64,000 nt of DNA from Pristiophorus japonicus. Its lineage: Eukaryota. Below are positions 40,854-55,025 of this stretch, piece by piece. Below the pieces are notes generated by a model, which saw only the letters and a program-made list of their open reading frames with translations, searched no databases and had not been told where the DNA came from. Location: positions 189,472,001 through 189,536,000 of the forward strand of contig NC_091979.1 of the NCBI RefSeq assembly GCF_044704955.1, written 5' to 3'. Positions within the stretch are counted from its first letter, which is position 1. Each line of letters opens with the position of its first letter. The translations under genes and the position numbers were made by a program.

Positions 40854-42126
40854 CACCACGGGCAGTTTCCAAGAGGGCTAACTGTACACCAACCCAACTG
40901 CACTCGTGGAACCACAGATTTCTTGAAGTGGACATGCAGCAGTTGGAAACCTCCTAAGTATCTTCTGGATCTTCCCACTGGTCAAGAGATTTTCAAGTGT
41001 GATCTTCAGAGGGATGAAATCGATCACATTTGAAACCAATTCACAGCAGTTCATTCTGGAGTTACTGCAACAGATATCATTCTCGACATGGCTGATCTCT
41101 TCTGGACTGCCAGCTGTTCTTTGCCATCCAGATGTTTTGGCATGCTGCAGTCAGAAAGGACCATGGTAACCAATAAAACGCCTGCACCCTTAACCCTAAA
41201 AAAGTGTGTTGGCCTGGGAGAACTTTTTAAGCTTTTTGAATGATGACAACCTAGTTCATAGTTTATTAAAGCATTTTCACAGCTTCTAAAAGTAGAACAA
41301 GGAATACCCATACCAATACTTGCTATGGGTACACAGATGACTGATTACACATCTGCAAAGCACCCTGGGATATTTTCCTCATTAAATGCAAATTGTCATC
41401 AATAAGCCTAAAAAAAAGTGTGACGTGTAGTTTTCATCTGCATTAATAGAAAAAACTGCCCACATTCCAACTTAACTTACAACAAACTAAAAATAAACAT
41501 TCAGCAGTCTGGCGGTTCAAAATTCAGGTGATAAATAGCTTTCCCAAACACATTACATTCCCTCAAACTGTACAGAATGAAGGTTTTGTTCAGTTTCACA
41601 GAACACCAGTTCATCAGGGGATAGAAAAAGAGCAGCAGCCTATTTCCACCCAAGAAAATGCTGACCGAAGCAAGTATATTTCAAATTAATTTTAGTAAAG
41701 CTTTAGCTGAGGTGGTCAGATGGGGGTCAGACATTATACACTATACAGTTAACATTGAAACGCCCCTGACTGACTTAAAATGTAAAGCTATATCATTCTG
41801 ATGGAAAACCAGGAGATTTTTTTTAAGTCAGATGACAATTTACTACATATATCAATAAGGATTTTTCAAGTGCACCAAATATTGCACTATAGCTAAATCC
41901 CCCTTCTCTTTAAAATAGCATTGCGTATGGACTAAATTCATCTGGCTTTACAGCTTGGGTGAGAGAGCGGAAGGAACATCATTCACATGATTTACTGGTT
42001 AATAAGAACATTAAAATGATTATAGTCAGATAAAAAATGCCAAAACCTGGGAGGGAAATCTAAGTCTAGGAGCAAGACCTGTAAAAGGACAGGTTCTTAT
42101 CCTGTAATGTTATCAGACAGAAGTAG

Positions 42127-44998
42127 TACACTCTACCTAAATGCACGCAGCATTCGAAATAAAGTAAATGAGTTGACGGCACAAATCATTACAAATGGGT
42201 ATGATTTGGTGGCCATTACAGAAACATGGTTGCAAGGTGGCCAAGACTGGGAATTAAACATACAGGGGTATCTGACAATTCAGAAAGATAGGCAAGAAAG
42301 GAAAGGAGGTGGGGTAGCTCTGTTAATAAAGGATGATATCAGGGCAGTTGTGAGGGATGATATTGGCTCCAATGAACAAAATGTTGAATCATTGTGGGTG
42401 GAGATTAGAGATAGTAAGGGGAAAAAAGTCACTGGTCGGCGTAGTTTATAGGCCCCCAAATAATAACTTCACGATGGGGCGGGCAATAATCAAGGTAATA
42501 ATGGAGGCATGTGAAAAAGGAACGACAGTAGTCATGGGGGATTTTAACCTACATATCGATTGGTCAAATCAAATTGCAGGGGGTAGCCTGGAGGAGGAAT
42601 TCATAGAATGCATACGGGACTGTTTCTTAGAACAGTATGTAACAGAGCCTACAAGGGAGCAAGCCATCTTGGATCTGGTCCTGTGTAATGAGACAGGAAA
42701 AATAAACGATCTCCTCGTAAAAGATCCTCTCGGAATGAGTGATCACAATATGGTTGAATTTGTAAATACAGATTGAGGATGAGGAAGTTGTATCAGAAAC
42801 GAGGGTACTATGTTTAAACAAAGGAGACTACAGTGGGATGAGGGCAGAGTTGGCTAAAGTAGACTGGAAACAAGGACTAAACGGTGGCACAATTGAGGAA
42901 CAGTGGAGGACTTTTAAGGAGCTCTTTCATAGTGCGCAAAAAAAATATATTCCAGTGAAAAAGAAGGGCGGCAAGAGAAGTGATAACCAGCCGTGGATAA
43001 CCAAGGAAATAAAGGAGCGTATCAAATTAAAAACCAATGCGTATAAGGTGGCCAAGGTTAGTGGGAAACTAGAAGATTGGGAAAATTTTAAACGACAGCA
43101 AAGAATGACAAAGAAAGCAATAAAGAAAGGAAAGATAGATTACGAAAGTAAACTGGCGCAAAACATAAAAACAGATAGTAAAAGCTTTTACCGATATATA
43201 AAACGGAAGAGAGTGACTAAAGTAAATGTTGGTCCTTTAGAAGATGAGAAGGGAGATTTAATAATGGGAAATGTGGAAATGGCTGAGACCTTAAACAATT
43301 ATTTTGCTTCCGTCTTCACAGTGGAAGACACAAAAACAATGCCAAAATTTGCAGGCCACAGGAATGTGGGAAGGGAGGACCTTGAGACAATCACTATCAC
43401 TAGGGGAGTAGTGCTGGACAGGCTAATGGGACTCAAGGTAGACAAGTCCCCTGATCCTGATGAAATACATCCCAGGGTATTAAAAGAGATGGCTGAAGTT
43501 ATAGCAGATGCATTCGTTATAATCTACCAAAATTCTCTGGACTCTGGGGAGGTACCAGCGGATTGGAGAGCAGCTAATGTAACGCCTCTGTTTAAAAAAG
43601 GGGGCAGGCAAAAGGCAGGTAACTATAGGCCGGTTAGTTTAACATCTGTAGTGGGGAAAATGCTTGAAACTATCATTAAGGAAGAAATAGCGGGACATCT
43701 GGATATGAATAGTGCAATCAAGCAGACACAGCATGGATTCATGAAAGGGAAATCATGTTTAACTAACTTACTGGAATTCTTTGAGGATATAACGAGCATG
43801 GTGGATGGAGGTGTACCGATGGATGTGGTGTATTTAGATTTCCAAAAGGCATTCGATAAGGTGCCACACAAAAGGTTACTACAAAAGATAAAGGTACGCG
43901 GAGTCAGAGGAAATGTATTAGCATGGATAGAGAATTGGATGGCTAACAGAAAGCAGAGAGTCGGGATAAATGGGTCCTTTTCGGGTTGGAAATCAGTGGT
44001 TAGTGGTGTGCCACAGGGATCAGTGCTGGGACCACAACTGTTTACAATATACATAGATGACCTGGAAGAGGGGACAGAGTGTAGTGTAACAAAATTTGCA
44101 GATGACATAAAGATTAGTGGGAAAGCGGGTTGTGTAGAGGACTCAGAGACTGCAAGGAGATTTGGATAGGTTAAGCGAATGGGCTAAGGTTTGGCAGATG
44201 GAATACAATGTCGGAAAGTGTGAGGTCATCCACCTTGGGAAAAAAACAGTAAAAGGGAATATTATTTGAATGGAGAGAAATTACAACATGCTGTGGTGCA
44301 AAGGGACCTGGGGGTCCTTGTGCATGAATCCCAAAAGGTTAGTTTGCAGGTGCAGCAGGTAATCAGGAAGGCAAATGGAATATTGGCCTTCATTGCGAAA
44401 GGGATGAAGTACAAAAGCAGGGAGGTCTTGCTGCAACTGTATAGGTATTGGTAAGGCCGCACCTGGAGTACTGCGTGCAGTTTTGGTCACCTTACTTAAG
44501 GAAGGATATACTAGCTTTGGAAGGGGTACAGAGACGATTCACTAGGCTGATTCCAGAAATGAGGGGGTTACCTTATGATGATAGATTGAGTAGACTGGGT
44601 CTTTACTCCTTGGAGTTCAGAAGGATGAGGGGTGATCTTATAGAAACATTTAAAATCATGAAAGGGATAGACAAGATAGAGGCAGAGAGGTTGTTTCCAT
44701 TGGTGGGGGAGACTAGAAATAGGGGGCACAGCCTCAAAATACGGAGGAGCCAATTTAAAACCGAGTTGAGAAAAAATTTCTTCTCCCAGAGGGTTGTGAA
44801 TCTGTGGAATTCTCTGCCCAAGATAGATAGACAGATAGATAGATTTTTAACCAATAAGGGAATTAAGCGTTACGGGGAGAGGGCGGGTAAGTGGAGCTGA
44901 GTCCACGACCAGATCAGCCATGATCTTACTGAATGGCGGAGCAGGCTCGAGGGGCTAGATGGCCTACTCCTGTTCCTAATTCTTATGTTCTTATGTTA
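42127..44998 (+). mobile_element. CR1 LINE (TTCTTATG-tail family), near-complete frameshifted ORF2
   Basis: LYLNARSIRNK, ITETWL, SDHN, 443-aa ORF 42838..44169 with RT motifs. Confidence 0.95.
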
Positions 44999-45534
44999 TG
45001 CTCCCCTCTCCTAAAGCTAAAGCAGCTAAAAATACAATTTATTACAACACTTAATCGTCTAGTACACAGGCTAAGAATAACACTTCATCACCTCAAGAAT
45101 CAAACTGTGCTCAGAACATCACAAACTCAAGTTTCAAACGGGCATTGTTTCCCCGCCCCCATTCACACACTCTATATTCATGTTGTACAGTTAGGTTTGT
45201 AATACTCAAATCTAATAGTAATCAAAAATAAAGATCTGATAACTATATCATTCATGTCCACTATTTGTTGCAATTCTAGACCACCACAAAGACTGAAACT
45301 TTCAGGCACTCAACCCAATCCTTTTATGACTCAGTTCAAAAGGGTTAACCACGGACACATATTTCAAGTTTAAATGAATTGCACTTCCTTGGATTTCATC
45401 ACGTTCCCTCTTGTGTCGTATTGCATAAAAAGGGAAATGTTGAAAAAGTACACTAAACATCTACAGATCACGTAAATTATCTCTCAAGGTGGTTACAAAT
45501 AAGGTGTCAGTACTTCAACTATTAGCTCCAGGGA

Positions 45535-46075
45535 ATCATCATAGGCAGTCCCTCGAAATAGAGGAAGACTTGCTTCCACTCTAAAAGTGAGTCCTTAGGT
45601 GACTGAACAGTCCAATACGAGAATTACAGTCTCTGTCATAGGTGGGACAGACAGTCGTTGAAGGAAAGGGGGGTGGGACTGGTTTGCGGCACGCTCTTTC
45701 CGCTGCCTGCGCTTGGTTTCTGCATGCTCTCGGCGATGAGACTCGAGGTGCTCAGTGCCCTCCTGGATGCACTTCTTCCACTTAGGACGGTCTTTGGCCA
45801 GAGACTCCCAGGTGTTGGTGGGGATGTTGCATTTTATCAAGGGGGCTTTGAGGGTGTCCTTGAAACGTTTCCTCTGCCCACGTTGGGCTCGCTTGCCGTG
45901 TAGGAGTTCCAAGTAGAGCGCTTGCTTTGGGAGTCTTGTGTCAGGGATGCGAACAATGTGGCCCGCCCAGCAGAGCTGGTCAAGTGCGGTCAGTTCTTCG
46001 ATGCTGCGGATGTTGGTCTGATCGAGGACGCTAACATTGGCGCGTCTGTCCTCCCAGGGGATTTGCAGGATCTTG
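45535..46075 (-). mobile_element. RTE LINE 3' end
   Basis: atcatcataggcagtccc tail; WAGHIVRIPDTRLPKQ. Confidence 0.92.
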
Positions 46076-46369
46076 TAATCAAGGAATGGCACTCTGTGCA
46101 CAATATAGCAATTGGTAAAATGGCCAGATAAGTTACCAAAGGCATAAAATGTCACTGGAGTAGGTTCTTGTTATGCAACAGCTGTGGCTCAGTTGGTAGC
46201 ACGCTCCCCTCTGAGTCAGAAGGTTGTGGGTTCAAGTCCCACTCAAGAGACTGGAGCACAAAATTTAGGCTGTCACTCCAGTGCAGTCGGCAGTGCCGTC
46301 TTTCAGATGCGATGTTAAATCGAGGTCCTGTCTGCTCTCTCAGGTGGACTTAAAATATCCCACGGTCAT

Positions 46370-46568
46370 TGTTATGTCTGAATAAAGAGTCTGACTGGGT
46401 ACTGTGAGCTCAAAGTAAAGTGTGACTGTAGTCTTTTATTGCAGCTCTCCAGCCTGTGAGGCCTCCTTAAGTACATGTGCTCCCAAGGGATAATGGGATT
46501 CCTTGGGATTCCAGGGGATGAGCCCTCTGGTGGCTGTAGAAGGTATATACAAGTTTACATATATAACA
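46370..46568 (-). mobile_element. Solo LTR (199 bp)
   Basis: TGTTAT...ATAACA termini, 5-bp TSD gtcat/atcat, AATAAA on minus strand. Confidence 0.75.
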
Positions 46569-47822
46569 ATCATCATCAAAGGCAGTCCCCCGGAATAGAG
46601 GAAAACTTGACTGGTTTGCCGCACGCTCTTTCCGCTGCCTGCGCTTGATTTCAGCATGCTCTCAGCGTTGAGACTCGAGGTGCTCAGCACCCTCTCGGAT
46701 ACACTTCCTCCACTTAGGGCGGTCTTGGGCCAGGGACTCCCAGGTGTCAGTGGGGATGTCGCACTTTATCAGGGAGGTTTTGAGGGTGTCCTTGTAGCGT
46801 TTCCACTGCCCACCTTTGCCATGAAGGAGCTCCGAGTAGAGCACTTGCTTTGGGAGTCTCGTGTCTGGCATGTGAACTAAGTGGCCTATCCAGCTGAGCT
46901 GATCGAGTGTGGTCAGTGCTTCAATGCTGGGGATGTTAGCCTGAATGAGGACAGTGATGTTGGTGCGCCTGTCCTCCCAGGGGATTTGTAGGATCTTGCA
47001 GAGACATCATTGGTGATATTTCTCCAGCAACTTGAGGTTTCTGCTGTACATGGTCCATGTCTCAGCCATACAGGAGGGCAGGTATTACTACAGCCCTGTA
47101 GACCATGAGCTTGGTGGCAGTTTTAAGGGCCTGGTCTTCAAACACACTTTTCCTCAGGCGGCCAAAGGCTGCACTGGAGCACTGGAGGCAATGTTGGATC
47201 TCTTTGTTGATGCCTGATCTTGTTGATAGGTGGCTCAAGATATATGGGAAGTGGTCCACAGTGTCCAGGGCTGCGCCTTGGATCTTGATTATTGGGGGGG
47301 GGGGGGAGTGCTGTGCAGTGAGGACAGGCTGGTGGAGGACCTTTGTCTTATGGCGGTTTAGCGTAAGGCCCATGTTTTCGTACGCCTCAGTAAATACGTC
47401 GACTATGTCCTGGAGTTCAGCCTCTATGTGCGCAGACGCAGGCGTCGTCCGCGTAACTATAGCTCGACGACAGAGGTTGGGGTGGTCTTGGACCTGGCCT
47501 GGAGACGGCGTAGGTTGAACAGGTTCCCACTGGTTCTGTAGTTTAGTTCCACTCCAGCGGGGAGCTTGTTGACTGTGAGGTGGAGCATGGCGACGACAAA
47601 GATTGAAAAGAGGGTTGGGGCGATGACGTAACCCTGTTTGACCCCGGTCCAGACGTGGATTGGGTCTGTGATGGATCCGTTGGTAAGGATTACGGCCTGC
47701 ATGTCGTCATGGAGCAGGCGGAGGATGGTGACCAACTTTTGGGAGCATCCGAAACAGAGGAGGACACTCCATAGACCCTCGCGGTTGACAGTGTCAAAGG
47801 CCTTTGTAAGGTCGAAGGCGGC

Positions 47823-48911
47823 CATAGAAACATAGAAAATAGGTGCAGGAGCAGGCCATTCAGCCCTTCTAGCCTGAACCGCCATTCAATGAGTTCATGG
47901 CTGAACATGAAACTTCAGTACCCCATTCCTGCTTTCTCGCCATAACCCTTGATCCCCCGAGTAGTAAGGACTTCATCTAACTCCCTTTTGAATATATTTA
48001 GTGAATTGGCCTCAACTTTCTGTGGTCGAGAATTTCACAGGTTCACCACTCTCTGGGTGAAGAAGTTTCTCCTCATCTAAATGGCTTACCCCTTATCCTC
48101 AGACTGTGACCCCTGGTTCTGGACTTCCCCAACATTGGGAACATTCTTCCTGCATCTAACCTGTCTAAACCCGTCAGAATTTTAAACGTTTCTATGAGGT
48201 CCCCTCTCATTCTTCTGAACTCCAGTGAATACAAGCCCAGTTGATCCAGTCTTTCTTGATAGGTCAGTCCCGCCATCCCGGGAATCAGTCTGGTGAATGC
48301 ACTCCCTCAATAGCAAGAATGTCCTTCCTCAAGTTAGGAGACCAAAACTGTACACAATACTCCAGGTGTGGCCTCACCAAGGCCCTGTACAACTGTAGCA
48401 ACACCTCCCTGCCCCTGTATTCAAATCCCCTCGCTATGAAGGCCAACATGCCATTTGCTTTCTTAACCGCCTGCTGTACCTGCATGCTAACCTTCAATGA
48501 CTGATGTACCATGACACCCAGGTCTCGTTGCACCTTCCCTTTTCCTAATCTGTCACCATTCAGATAATAGTCTGTCTCTCTGTTTTTACCACCAAAGTGG
48601 ATAACCTCACATCTATCCACATTATACTTCATCTGCCATGCATTTGCCCACTCACCTAACCTATCCAAGTCACTCTGCAGCCTCATAGCATCCTCCTCGC
48701 AGCTCACACTGCCACCCAACTTAGTGTCATCCGCAAATTTGGAGATACTGCATTTAATCCCCTCGTCTAAATCATTAATGTACAATGTAAACAGCTGGGG
48801 CCCCAGCACAGAACCTTGCGGAACCCCACTAGTCACTGCCTGCCATTCTGAAAAGTACCCGTTTACTCCTACTCTTTGCTTCCTGTCTGACAACCAGTTC
48901 TCAATCCATGT
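47823..48911 (-). mobile_element. CR1 3' portion inserted into the RTE
   Basis: agaaacatagaaa tail; KFADD; ccat at both junctions; same subfamily as 21298-23929. Confidence 0.93.
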
Positions 48912-50499
48912 ATAAGGGCTGGGGCTGTTCCCTGCATTTTTCCTGTAGCTGTCGTGCTGCAAAAATCATATCCGTTGTGCCCCGTAGGTGACGAAATCCG
49001 CACTGTGACTCCGGGCGGAGCACCTCGGCCGCGGGAAGACGGCGGTTGAGAAGGACTCTAGCGACGACTTTCCCAGTGGCCGATAGCAGGGAGATTCCTC
49101 TGTAGTTGCCGCAGTTGGACTTGTCTCTTTTTTTAAAAAAATGATGATGATTACTGCATCTCAGATCCCCGGCATGCTCTCCTACCTCCAGATGAGGTCG
49201 TGTGTTCGCGCCAGCAGTGCCTCTCCGCCATACTTCAGTGGCTCAGCAGGGATTCCATCCGCACCTGTAGCCTTCTTGTTTTTAAGCTATCTTATGGCTT
49301 TTTCTACCTCGTGCAGTGTTGAGGTCTCACTGAGGTGGTGGCGGGTAGCATGCTGCGGGATGGAGTCGAGAACACTCAATTCAAAGGCAGAGTCTCGATT
49401 GAGGAGATCTCCTGTGCTTTCTCCATCCACCACCTGTTCTTTAGGTCCTGGGTTTTTTGTTGGACCTCAGCCTTGAGCCGTCTGTAATGCTGCTTTGCTG
49501 CTGCCGTGTTGGGTTGTTGTTTAAGGCTCAGAAATGCCCTGCGCTTGCGATCTATTAGCTCTTGGATCTCCTGATGATTCTCATCAAACCAGTCCTGATG
49601 TTTCCTGGTTGAGTGACCAAGCGTCTCTTTGCAGGCACTGGTTATGGAGGCCTGGAGGGCAGACCAAACGCTGTGGGCATTCTGCGTCTCGGGGTCATCA
49701 TAGCATGCCAGGTTAGCTGTGAGGCGCAGGCTGTATAGGGCTCCCTTAGCTGGGTCCTTAAGTGCTCTTGCATTGACTTTTTTGCAGCACTGCTTCTGCT
49801 GCCCCCTCCGCTTTGGGGCTATGTTGATATTGATGATGGATCGGATTAGGCGGTGGTCCATCCAGCAGTCATCGGCTCCTGTCATGGCGTGGGTGATGCT
49901 CACATCGTTGCAATCCCTGGCTCGGACGATGACATAGTCGAGCAGGTGCCAGTGCTTGGAGCGAGGGTGTTGCCATGATGCCTTGTATTTGTCCCTCTGG
50001 CGGAACAAGGTGTTGGTGATGACAATTTCAAAGAGCTGGGGAGTTATCCCCACTGTCCTGAGCAATATTCATCCCTCAATCAGATTATCTGGTCATTATC
50101 ATATTGCTAATTGTGGGAGCTTGCTGTGCACAAATTGGCCGCTGAGTTTCCTACATTACAACAGTGACTATACTTCAAAAGTACTTCACTGGCTGTAAAG
50201 CGCTTTGGAATGTCCTGAGGTTGTGAAAGATGCTGTATAAATGCAAGTTTTTCTTTTTTGGAGAAATTAACTATTTTGAATAAAAGTGATCACTGCTAAA
50301 ACCAATTCTTGTTGAATTTCAAAGATAACATTTTAGGATTCATCAGCTGGACTCAGCAACTTGCCTTGAGCACCCAATATAGTTCAGTTGTAAAGATGAT
50401 TTGGGAATTTTAGTTCTTACTGTCACATTAGAATTTGTTCAATTGCTTCATATTGAAATGCATCACCTTTATTTAGACTAGGGAGATATTTAGATTAGA

Positions 50500-50731
50500 A
50501 TTGGTTTTTTACACCGAAGGCTATTGGGACATGGAATGCCTTAACAGAATCAGTGGGTAGAAGCAGAATCCACAATAGCTTCTAAAAGGAAAGTGGTTAA
50601 TATATGAAAAATAAAAAAATTGCAAGATTATGAAGTTAGACCAAGGGAATAGCACCAAGTGGATAGCTCTCTCAGAGATGGCACAGGCACAATGGGTCAA
50701 ATGGCCTCCTTACATTCTGTATGATTCTATG
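50500..50731 (+). mobile_element. Old CR1 3' end
   Basis: ggaatgccttaacagaa ... atgggtcaaatggcctcct ... atgattctatga. Confidence 0.7.
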
Positions 50732-51765
50732 AAACATTGCGCAGTTGGGATCTTAAGAACATATGATATCAAGAACAAGATACATCAGTACAGGACACAA
50801 CTTATCTAAACATAAAGCACTGCCTTTCAATCCAGTAATATGACCATACAGTTGAAAGGGCATGGAACAATTAGGACATATGCTAGGACAAGAATGTCCT
50901 GTGCATTTATTTTGCAGTCTAATGAAGACAGTGACCTTCAGTTCCACTGGGAAGAGACCTCATCAGAACAAGTATGCTGAAATGTTATTAACTGTCAATA
51001 GCGTACAGGTCCGTGCACTTGGAAACTGCTGGGTAGAAATCCATCATTGCTGATTGAAGTGTCTTAGATCTGTGAGATGGATGTGTTCAGGTGAGCTTCA
51101 AAATTGTCACCTGTACCTTGGGCGCAGTACATTCTTGCATCAGTAATAATGACCTCATTAAAATGAGATTTGATCCATTTCAATTGATACAATTAAAGAG
51201 ATTAAATACGTTTATGCTAAACATAAACATAAATTTTATGTTGGAGTCTACCCTAAACTCACAAGGTTATGCTCAACAGTGATGTGGGTGAAAAATATTC
51301 TCAAATTCTTAAAAAATATGGTTCAGATCTATGGCAGGACACAAATCAATCCCTTCCAGGAGTACATCCTATTATTTTGAATTCCACTTCAACAGCCTCC
51401 ACTAATAACATATTCCATAACACTAATACTCTTTGCTTGAAAAACGTGCACCTGACTTCCTTTAATACTTATAACTTACTAATTTTTAAACTGGTGTTCC
51501 ATAGTATAAATGAACCTTTCGCTGCAGTGTAGTATTTGCTTGGATCAACTTCCTTCACAATAATAAAAAGTTAATTTAAGTCAATTCAAAGACTTAACCA
51601 AAGAAAAAGGCCACCTAGAATCATCTTTGTCATGTGCCTCTCAAGAGCAACATATAAGATTATTTAACCAGGTGCACACAGTGGTCCAGAGGAGTGTGAC
51701 CAAGACTCTAAAGAGCTACAACATAACCACCTTTGACTGGTATTCTATTCTTCATTGTTATAAAT

Positions 51766-53922
51766 TATAGAAATATAGAAACATAGAAAATAGGTGCAGG
51801 AGTAGGCCATTCGGCCCTTCGAGCCTGCACCGCCATTCAATAAGATCATGGCTGATCATTCCTTCTGTATCCCTTTCCTGCTTTCTCTCCATATCCCTTG
51901 ATCCCCTTAACTGTAAGGGCCATATCTAACTCCCTGTTGAATATATCCAGTGAACTGGCATCAACAATTCTCTGCGGCAGGGAATTCCACAGGTTAACAA
52001 CTCTCTGAATGAAGAAGCTTCTCTCATCTCAGTCCTAAATGGCCTACCCCTTATCCTAAGACTATGTCCCCTGGTTCTGGACTTCCTCAACTTCGGGAAC
52101 ATTCTTCCTACATCTAACCTGTCCAGTCCCGTCAGAATCTTATATTTTTTTTATGAGATCCCCTCTCATCCTTCTAAACTCCAGTGAATAAAGGTCCAGT
52201 TGATCCAGTCTCTCCTCATATGACAGCCCAGCCATCCCTGGAATCAGTCTGGTGAACCTTCGCTGCACTCCCTCAATAGCAAGAATGTCCTTCCTCAGAT
52301 TAGGAGACCAAAACTGAACACAATATTCCAGGTGAGGCCTCACTAAGGCCCTGTGCAACTGCAGTAAGACCTCCCTGCTTCTATATTCAAATACCCTAGC
52401 TATGAAGGCCAACATACCATTTGCCTTCTTCACCGCCTGCTGTACCTGCGTGCCCACTTTCAGTGATTGATGAACCATGACATGCAGGTCTCGTTGCACC
52501 TCCCGTTTTACTAGTCTGCCGCCATTCAGATAATATTCTGCCTTCGTGTTTTTGCCCCCAAAATGGATAACCTCACATTTATCCACATTATACTGCATCT
52601 GCCATGTATTTTCCCACTCACCTAACCTGTCCAAGTCACCCTGCAGCCTCTTAGCGTCCTCCTCACAGCTCACACCGCCACCCAGTTTAGTGTCATCTGC
52701 AAACTTGGAGATATTATACTCTATCCCTTCATCCAAATCGTTAATGTATATTGTAAAGAACTGGAGTTCCAGCACTGAGCCGTGCGGCACTCCACTAGTC
52801 ACTGCCTGCCATTCTGAAAAGGACCCGTTTATCCCGACTCTCTGCTTCCTGTCTGCCAATCAGTTCCCTATCCAAGTCAGTATATTACCACCAATACCAT
52901 GTGCTTTGATTTTGCACAACAACCTCTTGTGCAGGACCTTGTCAAAAGCTTTCTGAAATACACCATATCCACTGGTTCTCCCCTTGTCCACTCTGCTCGT
53001 TACATCCTCAAAGAATTCCAGAAGATTCATCAAGCATGATTTCCCTTTCATAAATCCATGCTGACTTGGTCCGATCCTGTCACCGCTTTCCAAATGCGCT
53101 ATTTCATCCTTCATGATCAATTCCAACATTTTCCCTACTACTGGATGTCAAGCTAACCGGTCTATAATTACCCGTTTTCTCTCTCCCTCCTTTTTTAAAA
53201 AAGTGGTGTTACATTAGCTACCCTCCAGTCCATCGGAACTGATCCAAAGTCGACAGACTGTTGGAAAATGATCACCAATGCACCCACTATTTCGAGGACC
53301 ACTTCCTTGAGCACTCTGGGATGCAGTCTATCAGGCCCCGGGGATTTATCAGCCTTCAATCCCATCAATTTTCCGAACACAATTTCCTGCCTAATAAGGA
53401 TATCCTTCAGTTCCTCCTTCTCACTGAACCCACTGCCCCCTAGTACCTTCGTAAGGTTATTTGTATCTTCCTTTGTGAAGACAGAACCAAAGTATTTGTT
53501 CAATTGGTCTGCCATTTCTTTGTTCCCCATTACAAATTTACCCGAATCCGACTGCAAGGGACCCACACTCGTCTTCACCAATCGTTTTCTCGTCACATAT
53601 TTATAGAAGCTTTTGCAGTCAGTTTTTATATTCCCTGCAAGCTTCCTCTCGTACTCTATTTTCCCCCTCTTAATTAAACCCTTAGTCCTCCTCTATCGAA
53701 TTCTAAATTTCTCCCAGTCCTCAGGTTTGTTGCTTTTTCTAGCCAATTTATATGCCCCTTCCTTGGCTTTAACACTATCCTTAATTTCCCTTGTTAGCCA
53801 GGGTTGAGCCACCTTCCCAGTTTTATTTTTTACTCCAGACAGGGATGTACATTTGCTGAAGCTCATCCATGTGATCTTTAAATGTTTGCTACTGCTTATC
53901 CACCGTCAACCCTTTGAGTATC
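51766..53922 (-). mobile_element. CR1 LINE, 5'-truncated
   Basis: Tail at 51766; ORFs 52140..52859 (KFADD) and 53195..53596. Confidence 0.94.
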
Positions 53923-53983
53923 TGAACAAGTATATAGGTTTTGCGAGGAAAATAAGGAATCTAATATGCATTTCAAAAAATAC

Positions 53984-54039
53984 CTGAAGGATTTCCTGTC
54001 CTAATTTTAACAATGAAAGAAGCTAAAGGCTTAATTAAC
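53984..54039 (-). other. Candidate 56-nt host-gene exon
   Basis: ttttggtttctttgtag|G...CAG|gtattt; one open frame that joins in phase to 28915-28941. Confidence 0.4.
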
Positions 54040-54894
54040 CTACAAAGAAACCAAAATGACGATTAAAAATGAAGAGTGTCATTCTTCTCTCATCATTTCA
54101 GTAGTGCTCGACACTAAACTATAATTTTAATTTTAAGTATATTACTTTAAAACAAGATGAAGGAGATTCATTCATTATAAGAAGGATAAAAAAGCAGTTT
54201 TGCTGGGATTGGTGAGGAACAAGTAAGAAGCACGTAGAGTAGTGGAGGTGAAAACACTGGGTATCATTTAAGAAACAATTAGATGCTGCAATGGAGGGAG
54301 TGCAGGATCTTTCTAGATGGGCTGAATGGTCTTCATCATTTGTTAATTATCTTGTAATTACGTCCAGGGAAGTAGTGGGGGAGAAAAAAAGTACAAAATA
54401 ATCTGGCCCAATTCCCTGATACTGCCACCTTAAAACAACATTGCATGAACTCACCTTAAAAATCACCAAAGAAGCCTTCTCTAGCAGGTCTGATCTTCAA
54501 TCACAGGCGACTTCAACAATCATTGATCCTTTCCCAAAGATCTTGCACCCACTTCAGATTTTCTTAGATAGAAATTGTTTGACATGTGCAGACTTTGCAC
54601 ATTGGAACATAAAATACTTGTATGATAGTTATGTATAATGTTATTTATGTATATAATTAGCTTAAACCGTGAATATTCTGAATCCATCAAAAGTACACTA
54701 TCATCCTCAGAACAAGCGACCTCACATACAAGGCTCATTTGTGTGACAGCAGGAATATGCCCTCCTTGCTGTGCAGAAGTACAAAGCAATTACTTCTCAT
54801 TGCAACTGCACATCTGTTATGTTGCAGAGGTGGAATGCCCTATTTTTCTGTTTGTAAATAGCTGCCTGAGGTTTGTTTGCTCTGCTAGCTCATC

Positions 54895-55025
54895 AGTGAG
54901 AGACTTTTGATCACCTGTCCTAATATCTCTATGTGGCTTGGTGTCCAATATGTGTTTGACAACACTCCTGTGAAATGCCTTGGAATGCTTTATGTTAAAG
55001 GCGTTATATAAATGCAAGTTGTTGA
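54895..55025 (+). mobile_element. L2/SINE-type 3' tail
   Basis: tgtgaaatgccttggaatg..ggcgttatataaatgcaagttgttg. Confidence 0.6.

Larger units (their letters stand above)
46366..50024 (-). mobile_element. RTE LINE (EN + RT, internal deletions) hosting a solo LTR and a CR1
   Basis: WHLLDYVIVR..DHRLI (EN), AFDLTKAFDTV, GVKQG; (ATC)n tail at 46569. Confidence 0.9.
46180..50258 (+). mobile_element. tRNA-derived Deu-domain SINE (SacSINE1-like), split into 46180-46365 and 50025-50258
   Basis: A box TGGCTCAGTTGG, B box GGTTCAAGTCC, Deu-like gccgtctttcagatg; 3' half ends ggctgtaaagcgctttgg..tataaatgcaagt. Confidence 0.8.

Noticed and set aside
40880-41147. About 90-codon minus-strand open frame after a ctgcag acceptor
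   Set aside because: No recognisable protein and no convincing donor.
46180-46255. tRNA gene
   Set aside because: A/B boxes run directly into a SINE body; this is a SINE head.
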